Of a stretch of 64,000 nucleotides of DNA, positions 1 through 11,014 are shown one piece after another. A model generated the notes under the pieces. It saw nothing but the letters and a program-made list of their open reading frames with translations. It did no database searches and was not told where the DNA came from. The stretch spans positions 4,928,001 through 4,992,000 of the forward strand of contig OY969474.1 of the NCBI GenBank assembly GCA_963700145.1, written 5' to 3'. Source of the DNA: an uncultured Acidobacteriota bacterium (GTDB lineage: Bacteria; Acidobacteriota; Thermoanaerobaculia; Multivoradales; UBA5704). The position numbers and the translations under genes are program-made. The stretch's first letter is position 1, and each line of letters begins with the position of its first letter.

Positions 1-2
1 CC

Positions 3-473
3 GAGCTCGTCGCCCGCCTCGTGCTGATCGACGCCGGCGGCTACCGCGAGCAGGACTGGGCGAAGATCCAGTACCTGGTGACGGTGGACGACCTGGCCGG
101 CGTCGAGCGCCTCTACCGCGCCCTCTTCGTCAAGGTCCCCTGGTCGTTTGACCACGGCCGCCGCAGCTTCCTCGAGGCCTACACCTCGAAGAGCGTGCGC
201 ACGGTCCTCGAGACGACGCGCGAGGAGGACACCTACGACGACGGCGACCTCGGGCGCGTCCGCGTGCCGGCGGCGGTCGTCTGGGGGGAGGGCGACGGCA
301 TCTTCCCGCTCGCCACGGCGCGCGCCATGGCCGCCGCCCTGCCGCAGGGGAGCCTGCGCGTCCTCGAAGGGTGCGGCCACGGCGTCCACTGGGAGTGCCC
401 GCGGGCGCTGGTCGAGGCGATCCAGGAGTTCCGGCGCGAGACGGCCGGCGCGGGGGTGGCGCGGGCGGCGTAG
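3..473 (+). CDS. alpha/beta-fold hydrolase, C-terminal part (5' end outside window)
   Basis: Frame is open from the window edge (ELVARLVLIDAGG). VVWGEGD and GCGHGVHWE match the acid and His loops of alpha/beta hydrolases. Confidence 0.8.
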   Translation, partial: ELVARLVLIDAGGYREQDWAKIQYLVTVDDLAGVERLYRALFVKVPWSFDHGRRSFLEAYTSKSVRTVLETTREEDTYDDGDLGRVRVPAAVVWGEGDGIFPLATARAMAAALPQGSLRVLEGCGHGVHWECPRALVEAIQEFRRETAGAGVARAA

Positions 474-482
474 AGTAGCTCC

Positions 483-647
483 ATGGCCGAGCCCGACTAC
501 GTCGTCTGCCTCGACTGCGAGACCCCCTGCTACGTCTTCGAGTGGGAGGCGGGGAAGCTCACCGAGTGCATCTGCGCGGCCTGCGGCAACGACGACCTCG
601 ACCAGTTCGCGCTGCCGGAGGACTTCGAGGACCTGATCGGCGCCTAG
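483..647 (+). CDS. small Cys-rich zinc-ribbon-like protein (54 aa)
   Basis: Not in the ORF track. Translates MAEPDYVVCLDCETPCYVFEWEAGKLTECICAACGNDDLDQFALPEDFEDLIGA, with two CxxC pairs and host-like codon usage. Confidence 0.7.
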   Translation: MAEPDYVVCLDCETPCYVFEWEAGKLTECICAACGNDDLDQFALPEDFEDLIGA

Positions 648-659
648 CGGCCGGCGCCG

Positions 660-1748
660 TCAGATCTCGTCGCCGAAGGCGACCCCGAGCGCGCGGGCGG
701 CGCGCACCATCTCCCCCTGCGGGTCGACGGTCTTGATCGCCCGCACCGCCTGCTCGATCTCGCAGTCCCCGACCCGGCCGTTGAGCAGCCGCACCATCCG
801 CCCGAGCTGCCCCTCCATCGCCAGGTGGGCGGCCCGCTCGCCGAAGAGAGTGGCGAGGAGGCGGTCGAAGGGGACCGGCCGGCCGCCGCGCTGGAGGTGC
901 CCGAGGACGGTGGCGCGCACCTCGATCGACGGCGGCAGCAGCTCTCTCAGCTCGTGCTTGAGCCGCTCGCCCGCCCCGCCGAGCCGCTCCTGACCGGTGA
1001 CCGCGTCCACCTCGGCGACGCTGGCCTCGCCGCCCCGCCGCACCGCCCCTTCCGCCACCACGACGATCGAAGAGGCACGCCCGCGGTTGCCGCACCGTTC
1101 GACCGCCGCCGCCACCGGCTCCAGGGCGTAGGGGATCTCCGGGATCAGGATGACGTCGGCCGCGCCGGTCAGGCCGGCGTGGAGGGCGATCCAGCCGGCG
1201 TGCCGGCCCATGACCTCGAGCAGCATCACCCGGTGGTGGCTCTCGGCGGTGTCGCGCAGCCGGTCGAGGGCGTCGGTCGCCACCTCGATGGCGGTCCAGA
1301 AGCCGAAGGTGTAGTCAGTGGCGGCGAGATCGTTGTCGATCGTCTTGGGCACTGCCACGACGTGGACGCCCATCTTTCCCAGCTCGGCGGCGATCCCCAG
1401 CGTGCCGTCGCCGCCGATCACGATCAGCGCGTCGATCCCGGCGGCGCGCACGTTCTCGACCACCTCGGCGGAGCGGTCGGCGGCGCCGCCGCCCGGCAGC
1501 GGGTAGGCGAAGGGGTTGGCGCGGTTGGTGGTGCCGAGGACGGTGCCGCCGAGACCGATCAGGTGGCGGACGTCGGCGGCGCAGAGCGGGCGGAAGCGCC
1601 GCTCGATGAGGCCTGCGAAGCCGTCCAGCACCCCCACGACCTCGGCGCCGTAGACCCGCTCGGCGGTGCGGACGACGGCGCGGATCACGGCGTTGAGGCC
1701 GGGGGCGTCGCCGCCGCCGGTGAGGATGCCGAGGCGCTTGGCGGGCAT
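660..1748 (-). CDS. pfkA: 6-phosphofructokinase
   Basis: LTGGGDAPGLN, GGTVLGTT, IGGDGT, PKTIDND and EVMGRHAG motifs. Start placed at ATG 1748. Confidence 0.93.
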   Translation of the reverse strand: MPAKRLGILTGGGDAPGLNAVIRAVVRTAERVYGAEVVGVLDGFAGLIERRFRPLCAADVRHLIGLGGTVLGTTNRANPFAYPLPGGGAADRSAEVVENVRAAGIDALIVIGGDGTLGIAAELGKMGVHVVAVPKTIDNDLAATDYTFGFWTAIEVATDALDRLRDTAESHHRVMLLEVMGRHAGWIALHAGLTGAADVILIPEIPYALEPVAAAVERCGNRGRASSIVVVAEGAVRRGGEASVAEVDAVTGQERLGGAGERLKHELRELLPPSIEVRATVLGHLQRGGRPVPFDRLLATLFGERAAHLAMEGQLGRMVRLLNGRVGDCEIEQAVRAIKTVDPQGEMVRAARALGVAFGDEI

Positions 1749-1817
1749 GTAGGTGATCCTACCCCGGGCGCCGGCGCTTAAAATCTGCGCAGAAGCAGCT
1801 AAGATCACTGCCGGCGC

Positions 1818-1846
1818 TTGACACGATCTTAGCCTTGGAATATCAT
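1818..1846 (+). promoter_or_regulatory. sigma70-type promoter of hsp20
   Basis: TTGACA (1818-1823), 17-nt spacer, TATCAT (1841-1846), then an AAGGAG RBS before ATG 1893. Confidence 0.7.
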
Positions 1847-1892
1847 TCTTTGTGTCTGGCGGCGAGAGAAACCGCCGCGAAAGGAGACAGTC

Positions 1893-2336
1893 ATGATGCG
1901 CAATTCCATGTCCCGTTGGACCCCCGCCCCCCCGGCCGGGAGGGAGCCGTTCTACCGCCTGTTCGAGACCCTCTTCAACCAGGATCAGGGTGAGGACATC
2001 GGCACCCGCTCCTGGGCGCCGCCGGTCGACGTCAGCGAGACCGAGGACGCCTATGTGGTCAAGGCCGAGCTTCCCGGCATGAGCCGTGAGGACCTCGACA
2101 TCACCCTCGAGAACAACGTCCTCCGCATCGCCGGCGAGCGCAAGTTCGACCGCGACGAGAAGAAGGAGAACTACCACCGGATCGAGCGCTCCTACGGCGC
2201 GTTCTCGCGCGCCTTCGCGCTGCCGACCCAGGTGGACGCCGAGAAGGTGGAGGCGACGTTCAAGGACGGCGTGCTGACCGTCACCGTCCCCAAGGCCGAG
2301 CAGGCGCGGCCGCGCAAGATCAACATCGCCGCCTGA
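1893..2336 (+). CDS. Hsp20/alpha-crystallin small heat-shock protein
   Basis: PPVDVSET..ELPG, ERSYGAFSRAFALP and ATFKDGVLTVTVPK motifs. Confidence 0.95.
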   Translation: MMRNSMSRWTPAPPAGREPFYRLFETLFNQDQGEDIGTRSWAPPVDVSETEDAYVVKAELPGMSREDLDITLENNVLRIAGERKFDRDEKKENYHRIERSYGAFSRAFALPTQVDAEKVEATFKDGVLTVTVPKAEQARPRKINIAA

Positions 2337-2363
2337 GCGCCGTAAGGCGCCCGAGCGTGTTTC

Positions 2364-2392
2364 CGGTCGGCCCCCGCGAGGGGGCGCCGACC
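2364..2392. terminator. GC-rich hairpin between convergent genes, probable terminator
   Basis: Imperfect inverted repeat cggtcgg-ccccc-gcga-ggggg-cg-ccgaccg downstream of hsp20. No clear U tract. Confidence 0.4.
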
Positions 2393-2422
2393 GCGCGCTT
2401 GCTCAGTTTGCCCTCCGGATTC

Positions 2423-3538
2423 TTATTTGGTCCCGAACGGGCTTCCTACGAAGGCGCTGAAGGTCCACGCTTCGGTATCGGAGCGCCACCCCACGGCCAC
2501 GCCGCCATTGAGTAAGCCGGAGTCATTGCGGAGGACCCATACAGGGAGCTCGGCCCCGGTGACGTCATTCTCGAAGTCGCGTGTGAGGCGCAGGCCAATA
2601 GCTGCGGTTGCCCGCGGAAAGAAGCGACGGGACTCTAGCTGGAGGAGCTGCTTCTCGACTCGACCGGGCGCGCCGAGCGCGAGACTCTGGCAACGCAACG
2701 AGCCCACGGGACCGAAGGGTTCGCAGACCTGCTGTTTCACCTTACCCTCGAATGAGTCTTCGTAGGTGAAGGAGAGTCCGACGTAAGGCAGCGGACTCAC
2801 GACTGGCAGCCAGCCAGCACTGATGGTACCGCTGTAGCCGTCATGCTTTTCTTGCCGGCGCTCGAGCGTCTCTGCCACCGCGAAGTTGAAGGTTGTGGGC
2901 GTCGCATACGTGGCCTCGCTGGCGAAGAAGAAACTGCCGCCAGTGGCTCCTATGCCTTTGAGGAAATTTCTGCGGCCACGCGGCGAGAGATCGTCCGTCG
3001 AGACATCGCTGGGGACAGCTTTCGCGGGGTTTTCTTTGCTCCACGCTACGTCGAGTTTCTCTCTGAAGGCCGCTGCGTCCTTACCTATCGCAGCAGTCAG
3101 TTTCTCCACAACGTCTTGCCGTATCTCCTCGGGCGTCTTTCCCAGTCGTCGGAAGCCCAGAGTCACGCTGGTTTGGTCGGCAAGTCCCTTCAAGGTCGCA
3201 AGCTCAGAGCGGTCGGAGTCTCGGCTAACCGGACCGGCGAGCTTCAGGGTGGCCCGGAGCCGTTCTGGCTCTTCACGGCCTGCGAAACCGATCTCAATGG
3301 CGGCGCGGGAGTCTGTCTGCGTCGCTTCAACGATCGCCTGGAGATTCGTCCTTCTCACCGGCGAGGAGAGGCTCGGATCTTCGAGCGTCTTGAGATCGTT
3401 TTCGATCAGTTCGTCGACACCGGACCCGTCCACGGAAGGAGCTGTGACCTGGGCAGTCTCACGGCCGCTCTGGGCGGCCGCCATCGATTCCATTGAGACG
3501 ACAAGTACCAACGGCAAAATCAGGCAGCGTGTTTTCAT
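2423..3538 (-). CDS. hypothetical secreted protein
   Basis: 371-aa ORF with signal-peptide-like N-terminus and GGAG RBS. Beta-strand-rich C-terminus. Lower GC than the flanks. Confidence 0.65.
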   Translation of the reverse strand: MKTRCLILPLVLVVSMESMAAAQSGRETAQVTAPSVDGSGVDELIENDLKTLEDPSLSSPVRRTNLQAIVEATQTDSRAAIEIGFAGREEPERLRATLKLAGPVSRDSDRSELATLKGLADQTSVTLGFRRLGKTPEEIRQDVVEKLTAAIGKDAAAFREKLDVAWSKENPAKAVPSDVSTDDLSPRGRRNFLKGIGATGGSFFFASEATYATPTTFNFAVAETLERRQEKHDGYSGTISAGWLPVVSPLPYVGLSFTYEDSFEGKVKQQVCEPFGPVGSLRCQSLALGAPGRVEKQLLQLESRRFFPRATAAIGLRLTRDFENDVTGAELPVWVLRNDSGLLNGGVAVGWRSDTEAWTFSAFVGSPFGTK

Positions 3539-3551
3539 GACGCCGATCTCC

Positions 3552-3824
3552 TCACTCGTTCACTGAAAACTTCTTGGTTCCAACGGTGACTCCGTCGCTT
3601 GGCACCCGGTGTTTCCGTGACCACACCGCCTCGGGGGGTGCTTTGATCTCCATCTCGAATTCGGTCCCAGGCGCCGCGACCAGGAAGTAGACGAGCACGT
3701 GCATGCCGGGTTCGACTTGTGTCTTCGCAGTGCCGGCCGAATCGAAGACGAGCTTCTTCATATCGATCTGAGCGTGGACATCCGCATCCTTCGGCGACCG
3801 TTTCACGATCACTTCTTTGGCCAT
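3552..3824 (-). CDS. hypothetical protein (90 aa)
   Basis: ATG 3824 preceded by GAAAGGAGA. Stop lies just before the RBS of the 2423-3538 gene. Confidence 0.65.
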   Translation of the reverse strand: MAKEVIVKRSPKDADVHAQIDMKKLVFDSAGTAKTQVEPGMHVLVYFLVAAPGTEFEMEIKAPPEAVWSRKHRVPSDGVTVGTKKFSVNE

Positions 3825-4030
3825 GTCGCGTCTCCTTTCGTCGCGGGTGGAACGGCCCGCGCTAGCAGTCTTCCGGGAGGTTCCCGGCATTGAGACGGAC
3901 GTAGACCGTGGATTCCGGCGGCGGGACGCCAACGTCTAGCGATGCGCCAAGCGCCTACCCGCGACAGGCACGCCGGTGTCACCAAGGGGGCCCAAGACCT
4001 TGGCTGCCAGGCGAGAGATGCGGTGTACGC

Positions 4031-4702
4031 TTAGGAGCGAGGGCCCGGCGAGAAAAATCGTCGCGCTCGTGAACCGCCCGATCGGATGTATGAGACTGGT
4101 GGCCGGTCGAGCAGGAGCCGCACGTAGAAGCCCGCCCAGAGCACGAAGGGCAGCGCCAGCTTGAGCGGCAGGTCGAGCAGGTGCTCGGCGAGCCCCCAGG
4201 CGTTGCGCGCGAAGGGGCCGTAGTGGGCGAGGCTCCAGGCGCCGAGCCCGGTGGCGTAGACCGACTGCACGAAGACGACGAGGAGTAGCAGGTCGAAGAC
4301 CGCCGTGGCGAGGGCGCCCCAGCCGAGGTTGCGCAGCCGCTCCCGCCAGGGCACGCCGGGGACCGCTAGGAAGAGCGCGCCGAGCAGCACCAGGTGGAAG
4401 TGGAGGTCGGTGACGCGGAAGCCGCGCACCAGCGTCCGGGCCGGCGGGAAGTCGCGCCGCGCGAGATAGGCGTCGTGGCCGCCGGCGCGCGGCAGGAGGT
4501 CGCTGACGTTCGGGCTCTCGGCGAGGTGGAGGAGCGCTTCGCCGCTGGCGAGCAGGAGCCGGTTGTAGCCGGGCGCGGCGAGCGCCCAGACCGCCCAGAC
4601 GGGCAGGAGCCACAGAAGGGCGTTGCGCAGCAGGCGGACCGCCCAACCGGCGCGGCGGCCGGCGGCGGGCGGCCTAGCCGGGCGCGGTCCGGCGGAGCGC
4701 AA
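4031..4702 (-). CDS. exosortase-associated membrane protein
   Basis: Several hydrophobic segments, directly downstream of and overlapping the exosortase gene. Start uncertain. Confidence 0.6.
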   Translation of the reverse strand: MRSAGPRPARPPAAGRRAGWAVRLLRNALLWLLPVWAVWALAAPGYNRLLLASGEALLHLAESPNVSDLLPRAGGHDAYLARRDFPPARTLVRGFRVTDLHFHLVLLGALFLAVPGVPWRERLRNLGWGALATAVFDLLLLVVFVQSVYATGLGAWSLAHYGPFARNAWGLAEHLLDLPLKLALPFVLWAGFYVRLLLDRPPVSYIRSGGSRARRFFSPGPRS

Positions 4703-5171
4703 CCCGGTCGGCCCAGAGGACCCAGAGCAGGACGCCGCAGAGGACGACGAGCGTCTGCCAGACGACCGTGTGGGACGTGTCGAAGAAGCGCGGCAGGTAG
4801 GCGCCGGTCAGGAAGAGCGCCACCACCCGCACGAGATTCACGAGCTGGATCAGCACCGCGCCGGCCGCCAGGCCCAGCAGGCGCGCCCGCCAGGAGGCCG
4901 GGAAGGCGAGCACCGCGGCGCCGAAGATGAGCAGCGTCTCGACGCCGTTGCAGCCGTTGCGGATGTTGACCGCGAAGCGGTCGCTGCGGATGACCGTCCC
5001 CTCCATCCGTACGTCCTGTCCCAGGAGGTCGAGCGCCACCCCGCTCGCCCGCGCCACCCAGCCGGTGAACGGCTCGATCGCATGGTCGTTCACCCAGTTG
5101 AGCGAGACCACCGTGAACCCGCCGGCCAGGAGCAGGAGGAAAATCCCGAGAAAACGTGCTTCGCGTCGCAG
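4674..5171 (-). CDS. xrtH: exosortase H family protein
   Basis: [12 protein letters not shown] (catalytic Cys), NLVRV (Arg) and HTVVWQ (His). The hydrophobic N-terminal helix extends upstream of GTG 5111 to a CTG at 5171. Confidence 0.8.
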   Translation of the reverse strand: MRREARFLGIFLLLLAGGFTVVSLNWVNDHAIEPFTGWVARASGVALDLLGQDVRMEGTVIRSDRFAVNIRNGCNGVETLLIFGAAVLAFPASWRARLLGLAAGAVLIQLVNLVRVVALFLTGAYLPRFFDTSHTVVWQTLVVLCGVLLWVLWADRVALRRTAPG

Positions 5172-5188
5172 GCGGTCAGTTTATCGAA

Positions 5189-5217
5189 TTGACACTCCGC
5201 AGGCCCGCCACTACGAT
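5189..5217 (+). promoter_or_regulatory. sigma70-type promoter of the pyrRBC operon
   Basis: TTGACA (5189-5194), 17-nt spacer, TACGAT (5212-5217), 20 nt before the pyrR start. Confidence 0.7.
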
Positions 5218-5237
5218 GCCGCGGACCCGGAGCAAGC

Positions 5238-5794
5238 GTGGCCCACCCCCACCTGACGCCGAAGACCACCCTCCTCGACGCCGACCAGATGTCCCGCGCG
5301 ATCCGCCGTATGGCGGAGGAGATCGTGGAGCGCAACCGCGGAGTGGGGGACCTGCTGCTGGTCGGCATCCGCACCCGCGGCGTGCCGCTCGCCGAGGCCC
5401 TCGCCGCCGAGATCGGGCGCCTGGCGGGGACGGCGGTCCCGCTCGGCGTCCTCGACATCACCCTCTACCGCGACGACCTCTCGCTCATCGCCGCGCAGCC
5501 GATCGTACGCGAGAGCCGGCTGCCCGGCTCGATCGACGACCGCGTCATCGTCCTCTGCGACGACGTCCTCTACACCGGCCGCACCGTGCGCGCCGCCCTC
5601 GACCAGCTCGTCGATTACGGCCGCCCGCGGCAGGTGCAGCTCGCGGTGCTGGTCGACCGCGGCCACCGCGAGCTGCCGATCCAGGCCGACTTCGTCGGCA
5701 CGCGGGTCGAGACGGCGCCCGACGAGGTCGTCGAGGTCAACTTCCAGTCCACCGACGGCGTCGAGCAGGTGCGTCTCCTCGAGCGGGCCGCCTG

Positions 5795-5795
<1 letters not shown>
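5238..5795 (+). CDS. pyrR: bifunctional pyrimidine regulator / uracil phosphoribosyltransferase
   Basis: [28 protein letters not shown] and [15 protein letters not shown]. Confidence 0.96.
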
Positions 5796-6744
<949 letters not shown>

Positions 6745-6748
<4 letters not shown>

Positions 6749-8034
6749 GCCGGCCGCTGCTCGTCGCCGGCGGGCGGCTGGTCGACCCGTCGCAGGGGCT
6801 CGACGGCCGCTTCGACCTGCTGCTCGAGGACGGCAAGGTGGCGCGCGTCGAGGAGCGGCTGGAGGCTCCCGAAGGGGCCGAGACGCTCGACGCCTCGGGC
6901 CTGGTGGTGGCGCCCGGCTTCATCGACATCCACGTCCACCTGCGCGAGCCGGGGCAGGAGTACAAGGAGACGGTCGAGAGCGGCACCGCGGCGGCGGCGG
7001 CCGGCGGCTTCACCGCCGTCGCCTGCATGGCCAACACCGACCCGGTCAACGACAACCGCTCGGTCACCGAGCTGATCCTCTCTGAGGCACGCCGCTGCTC
7101 GACCGCGCGCGTCTATCCGATCGGCGCGGTGTCCAAGGGGCTGGCCGGCGAGGAGCTGGCCGAGTACGGCGAGATGGCGCGCGGCGGGATCGTCGCCGTC
7201 TCCGACGACGGCAAGCCGGTGCAGAGCGCCGAGCTGATGCGCCGCGCCCTGCTCTACGCCCAGCACTACGGCCTGCCCGTCGTGCAGCACGCCGAGGACC
7301 TCCACCTCGCCGCCGCCGGCGTCATGCACGAGGGGGAGTGGTCGACGCGGCTCGGGCTCCCCGGCCTCCCCGGCGCCGCCGAGGACGTGATGGTGGCGCG
7401 CGACCTCCTGCTGCTCGCGGAGACCGGCGGCCGCTACCACGTCGCCCACCTCTCGACGGCGCGGACGCTGGAGCTGGTGCGGCGGGCGAAGGAGCGCGGC
7501 TTGGGCGTCACCTGCGAGGTGACGCCGCACCACCTCCTGCTGACCGACGAGGAGGTCTGGAAGAGCCAGTTCTCGACCGACACCAAGATGAAGCCGCCGC
7601 TGCGCGCCGAGGCCGACCGGCAGGCGCTCCTCGCCGGCCTCGCCGACGGCACGGTGGACGCCATTGCCAGCGACCACGCGCCGCACCACGCGGACGAGAA
7701 GGACGTCGAGTTCAGCCTGGCGCCGTTCGGGATCGTGGGGCTCGAGACGACGGTGTCGCTCTGCCTCGACCGCCTCGTGCGTCCCGGCCTGATTGCGCTG
7801 TCGCGCCTGGTCGAGCTGCTCTCGACCGGGCCGGCACGCGCGTTCGCCCTGCCGGGGGGGAGCCTCAAGCCCGGCAGCCCCGCCGACCTCACGCTCCTCG
7901 ACCTGGAGCGGCGGGTGAAGGTGGACCCCGCCGCCTTCCGCAGCAAGTCGCGCAACACGCCGTTCCACGGCTGGGAGCTGACCGGCGCGCCGGCCGGCAC
8001 GATCCTCGGCGGCCGGCGGATCGCGCTGCCGTGA
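6745..8034 (+). CDS. pyrC: dihydroorotase
   Basis: [17 protein letters not shown] and ASDHAPH, in operon with pyrB. Confidence 0.95.
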
Positions 8035-9719
8035 CGGCGCGCCGTCCGCGCGCACCCTTCCAGCTCGCGCTCGTCCTTCTCCTCGGAGCCTGCGGCGGCG
8101 ACACCGGGCAGGCCCAAGTCCTGGGGGCGGTGCCGGGGACCAAGGCGGTCGTCCTGCGCGGGCGGGAAGATCAGGTCGGGAGACAGGACATCGCGGAGCT
8201 CGCCCGGGCGCTCGACGCCGCGGCGACGGCGATGGCGCGGCGGGTCCCGGTCGAGCTCCAGACGCCCGTCTCGCTGCTCCTCGAGCCGGACTTCGTCGCC
8301 CAGGGGCAGAGCGCCGGCGCGATCGGCGAGGCGGTCCCAGGCCCGGGCGCCGATCTCCATCTGGTGTTCCACCCCCACGATCTCCACGCCTACGAAAACG
8401 CCCTCGCCGCCGTGCTCCTCCGGCGTGCCGGGCTCGCCGACGGGCTTCCCGTCTGGCTCGCCCGCGGCGCCGCGCTCTGGCTCGCCGGCGACTGGTACGG
8501 CCGCTCCTGGCGCGATTGGCTCCCCGCGCTCGCCGCGGCCGGCGCGCTGCCGGCCGCCGACGAGCTCCTCGCCGCCGAGCCGCAGCGGGACTCCTCGGCG
8601 CCGCTCTGGACTCCGGCCGCCGCGGCCGTGGTCGATTCCCTCCCGGGCGCTACCCTGCGCGAGAAGCTCACAGCGCCGCCGACGCGCGCGCAGGTCGAAG
8701 CCGCGCTCGCCGCCCTCTCGCGCCTGCCGGCGCCGCCCGCTCCGACTGCTCGCTCTCTACCCGGCTCTTCCCGCTTCCTCGCCGGCGTCTCGCTCGCCAT
8801 GGCCAACAGCCTCGAAGGCGGCTACCACGCGCCCGGCCTCGAGCGGGCGCTCGACGCGGTGCAGGGGCTCGGCGCGAACGCCGTCTCCCTCATGCCCTTC
8901 GCCTTCCAGCGCGGCGCGGCGAGCCCGGACCTCGGGTTCGTGCACGACCGCCCCGGCGGCGAAACCGACGTCGGCCTGATCCACGCCGCCCGCCGCTGCC
9001 GGGCGCGCGGCATCTCGGTCCTCTGGAAGCCGCACATCTGGGTCGGTCATGAGAGCTGGCCGGGCGAGATCGCGATGGCGAGCGAGGAGGATTGGGCGCG
9101 CTGGTGGCGCGGCTACCGCCGCTACGTCCTCCACCACGCCTTCCTCGCCCGCTGGGCGGAGGCCGACCTCTTCGCGGTCGGTGTCGAGCTGTCGCGCACG
9201 CTGGGGCGGGCGGCGGAGTGGCGGCGGCTGATCGCCGACGTGCGGCGGCTCTACCCGGGGCCGCTCACCTACGCCGGCAACTGGAACGGCGACCTCGAAG
9301 CCGCCCCGTTCTGGGACGACCTCGACCTCCTCGGCGTCGACGCCTACTTCCCGCTGGCGGCCTCGCCGGCGGCGACGCCGGCGGAGCTTCGGGCCGGCGC
9401 CGCGCGGGTGCGCGAGCGGCTCGCCGCCGCGGCGGCGAAGCACGGCAAGCCGCTCCTCCTGACCGAGGTCGGCTTCGCGGCGCGCCGCGGCGCCTGGATC
9501 GAGCCGCACGTCGAAGGCGGCGAGCTGTCGGTCGAGGACCAGGCGCGCGCCTACGAGGCGCTCTTCGCCGGGCTCGGGCGCCCTCCCTGGCTCGCCGGCA
9601 CCTACGTCTGGAAGGTCTTCAGCGGTCCGCGGCGGCGCGGCGGCGGCGAGCCGCGGCCGGACTTCCAGCTCCTCGGCCGCCCGGCCGAAGCCGTGGTGCG
9701 CGCCTACTACGAGCGCTGA
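8031..9719 (+). CDS. lipoprotein with C-terminal GH113-like glycoside hydrolase TIM barrel
   Basis: GTGA overlap with pyrC and lipobox LLLGAC. LWKPHIW, VGVEL, TYAGNW, GVDAYFPL and LTEVGF motifs. Confidence 0.7.
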   Translation: MTARRPRAPFQLALVLLLGACGGDTGQAQVLGAVPGTKAVVLRGREDQVGRQDIAELARALDAAATAMARRVPVELQTPVSLLLEPDFVAQGQSAGAIGEAVPGPGADLHLVFHPHDLHAYENALAAVLLRRAGLADGLPVWLARGAALWLAGDWYGRSWRDWLPALAAAGALPAADELLAAEPQRDSSAPLWTPAAAAVVDSLPGATLREKLTAPPTRAQVEAALAALSRLPAPPAPTARSLPGSSRFLAGVSLAMANSLEGGYHAPGLERALDAVQGLGANAVSLMPFAFQRGAASPDLGFVHDRPGGETDVGLIHAARRCRARGISVLWKPHIWVGHESWPGEIAMASEEDWARWWRGYRRYVLHHAFLARWAEADLFAVGVELSRTLGRAAEWRRLIADVRRLYPGPLTYAGNWNGDLEAAPFWDDLDLLGVDAYFPLAASPAATPAELRAGAARVRERLAAAAAKHGKPLLLTEVGFAARRGAWIEPHVEGGELSVEDQARAYEALFAGLGRPPWLAGTYVWKVFSGPRRRGGGEPRPDFQLLGRPAEAVVRAYYER

Positions 9720-11014
9720 GCGCCGGGCACGCGTCCCGCGCGCAGGAAGACCGGCCAGCGCACGGTACGCACGGGCTCCGGCCCCCAGGCGGCGGCGAGA
9801 TCGTCGCGGATCATGTCGAGCGGGTCGCGGCCGGTCGCCTTGCGGTAGCGCTGGCAGGCCGACCAGGTGGCCAGGTAGCGGAGGAGGCGCTCCAAGTCCC
9901 AGCGCTCCTTCTGCGCCATCGGCTCCATCGCGACCTCGTCGAAAAGAAACGGGATCGTGCGGTACTCCTCGTCCACCCATTTCCGCTCCGGTGGCCAGTG
10001 CTCGCGGACCAGCTCGTAGGCCAGCCGGTCGGTCACCGCATCGACCGCCGGGTCCACCCGCGCCAGGTTGTAGGTCCAGACCGCGATCGCGCCGCCGGGC
10101 GCGAGGACGCGCCGCGCCTCGGCGTAGAAGTCGTCGAAGCGGAACCAGTGCAGGGCTTGCGCCGCGGTCACCAGGTCGACCGAGCCGTCGGCGAGGCCGG
10201 CCCCCTCGGCGCGGGCGAGGCGGTACTCGACGCGCGGGTGGGGCGCGGCGTGGGCGAGCTGCTCGGGGCTGGCGTCGGTCGCGACGACGCGCTCGAAGTG
10301 CGCCGCGAGCCCCACCGCCGCTTGGCCGTTGCCGGTGCCCGCGTCCCAGGCGAGCCGGCGCGCGCCGGGGAGGGCGGCGACGCGGGCGAAGAGCTCGGGC
10401 GGGTAGCCCGGGCGGTGCGCCTTGTAGTCCGCGGCGTGGCCGGAGAAGTGGTCGGGGAAAGCGCGCGAGGCCTCCCACTCGGCGCGCGTCAGGCGGACGA
10501 GGAGGAAGGTGTCCTCGGGTCCCCACTTCGGGTCGGGGTTGCCGCCGACCCCAATCTGCCGGAAGCCGGCGCGCTCGAGCACGGTGCGCGACGCCGGGTT
10601 CCGCTCGAGGCAGGAGGAGCGCAGCTCGTCGAGCCCCAGCTCGCGGAACCCGAAGGCCACCGCCAGCCGCGCCGCCGCGGTGGCGTAGCCGCGCCCCCAG
10701 TAGGGGCGGCCGATCCAGTAGCCCAGCTCCGCGCCGCGCGGCGCGCCGCCGACGCCGTGCAGGCCGACGACGCCGGCGAGCGTCTCGCCGGCGAGGACCG
10801 CGAAGGCGAAGTCGGTGCCCGCAGCGGTCTTGGCCAGAATGTCGCGGATGAACGCGGCGGCGCCGTCGGGCGGATACGGGGCGGGGATGTTCGAGGTCGC
10901 GGCGATCGCCGGGTCGGAGACCAGCGCCTGCACCGCCGGCGCGTGCTCTATCCCGATCGGCGCCAGCCGCACCGCCGGCGCGGCCGCGGCGGGCGGCGGC
11001 GGCGCCGCGCTCAT
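9707..11014 (-). CDS. GNAT (RimJ/RimL-type) acetyltransferase fused to class I SAM methyltransferase
   Basis: [30 protein letters not shown], then [28 protein letters not shown]. Confidence 0.8.
   Translation of the reverse strand: MSAAPPPPAAAAPAVRLAPIGIEHAPAVQALVSDPAIAATSNIPAPYPPDGAAAFIRDILAKTAAGTDFAFAVLAGETLAGVVGLHGVGGAPRGAELGYWIGRPYWGRGYATAAARLAVAFGFRELGLDELRSSCLERNPASRTVLERAGFRQIGVGGNPDPKWGPEDTFLLVRLTRAEWEASRAFPDHFSGHAADYKAHRPGYPPELFARVAALPGARRLAWDAGTGNGQAAVGLAAHFERVVATDASPEQLAHAAPHPRVEYRLARAEGAGLADGSVDLVTAAQALHWFRFDDFYAEARRVLAPGGAIAVWTYNLARVDPAVDAVTDRLAYELVREHWPPERKWVDEEYRTIPFLFDEVAMEPMAQKERWDLERLLRYLATWSACQRYRKATGRDPLDMIRDDLAAAWGPEPVRTVRWPVFLRAGRVPGAQRS

Noticed and set aside
5218-5237. 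PyrR-binding attenuator upstream of pyrR
   Set aside because: The promoter sits about 20 nt from the start codon, leaving no room, and no PyrR-binding loop consensus is visible.
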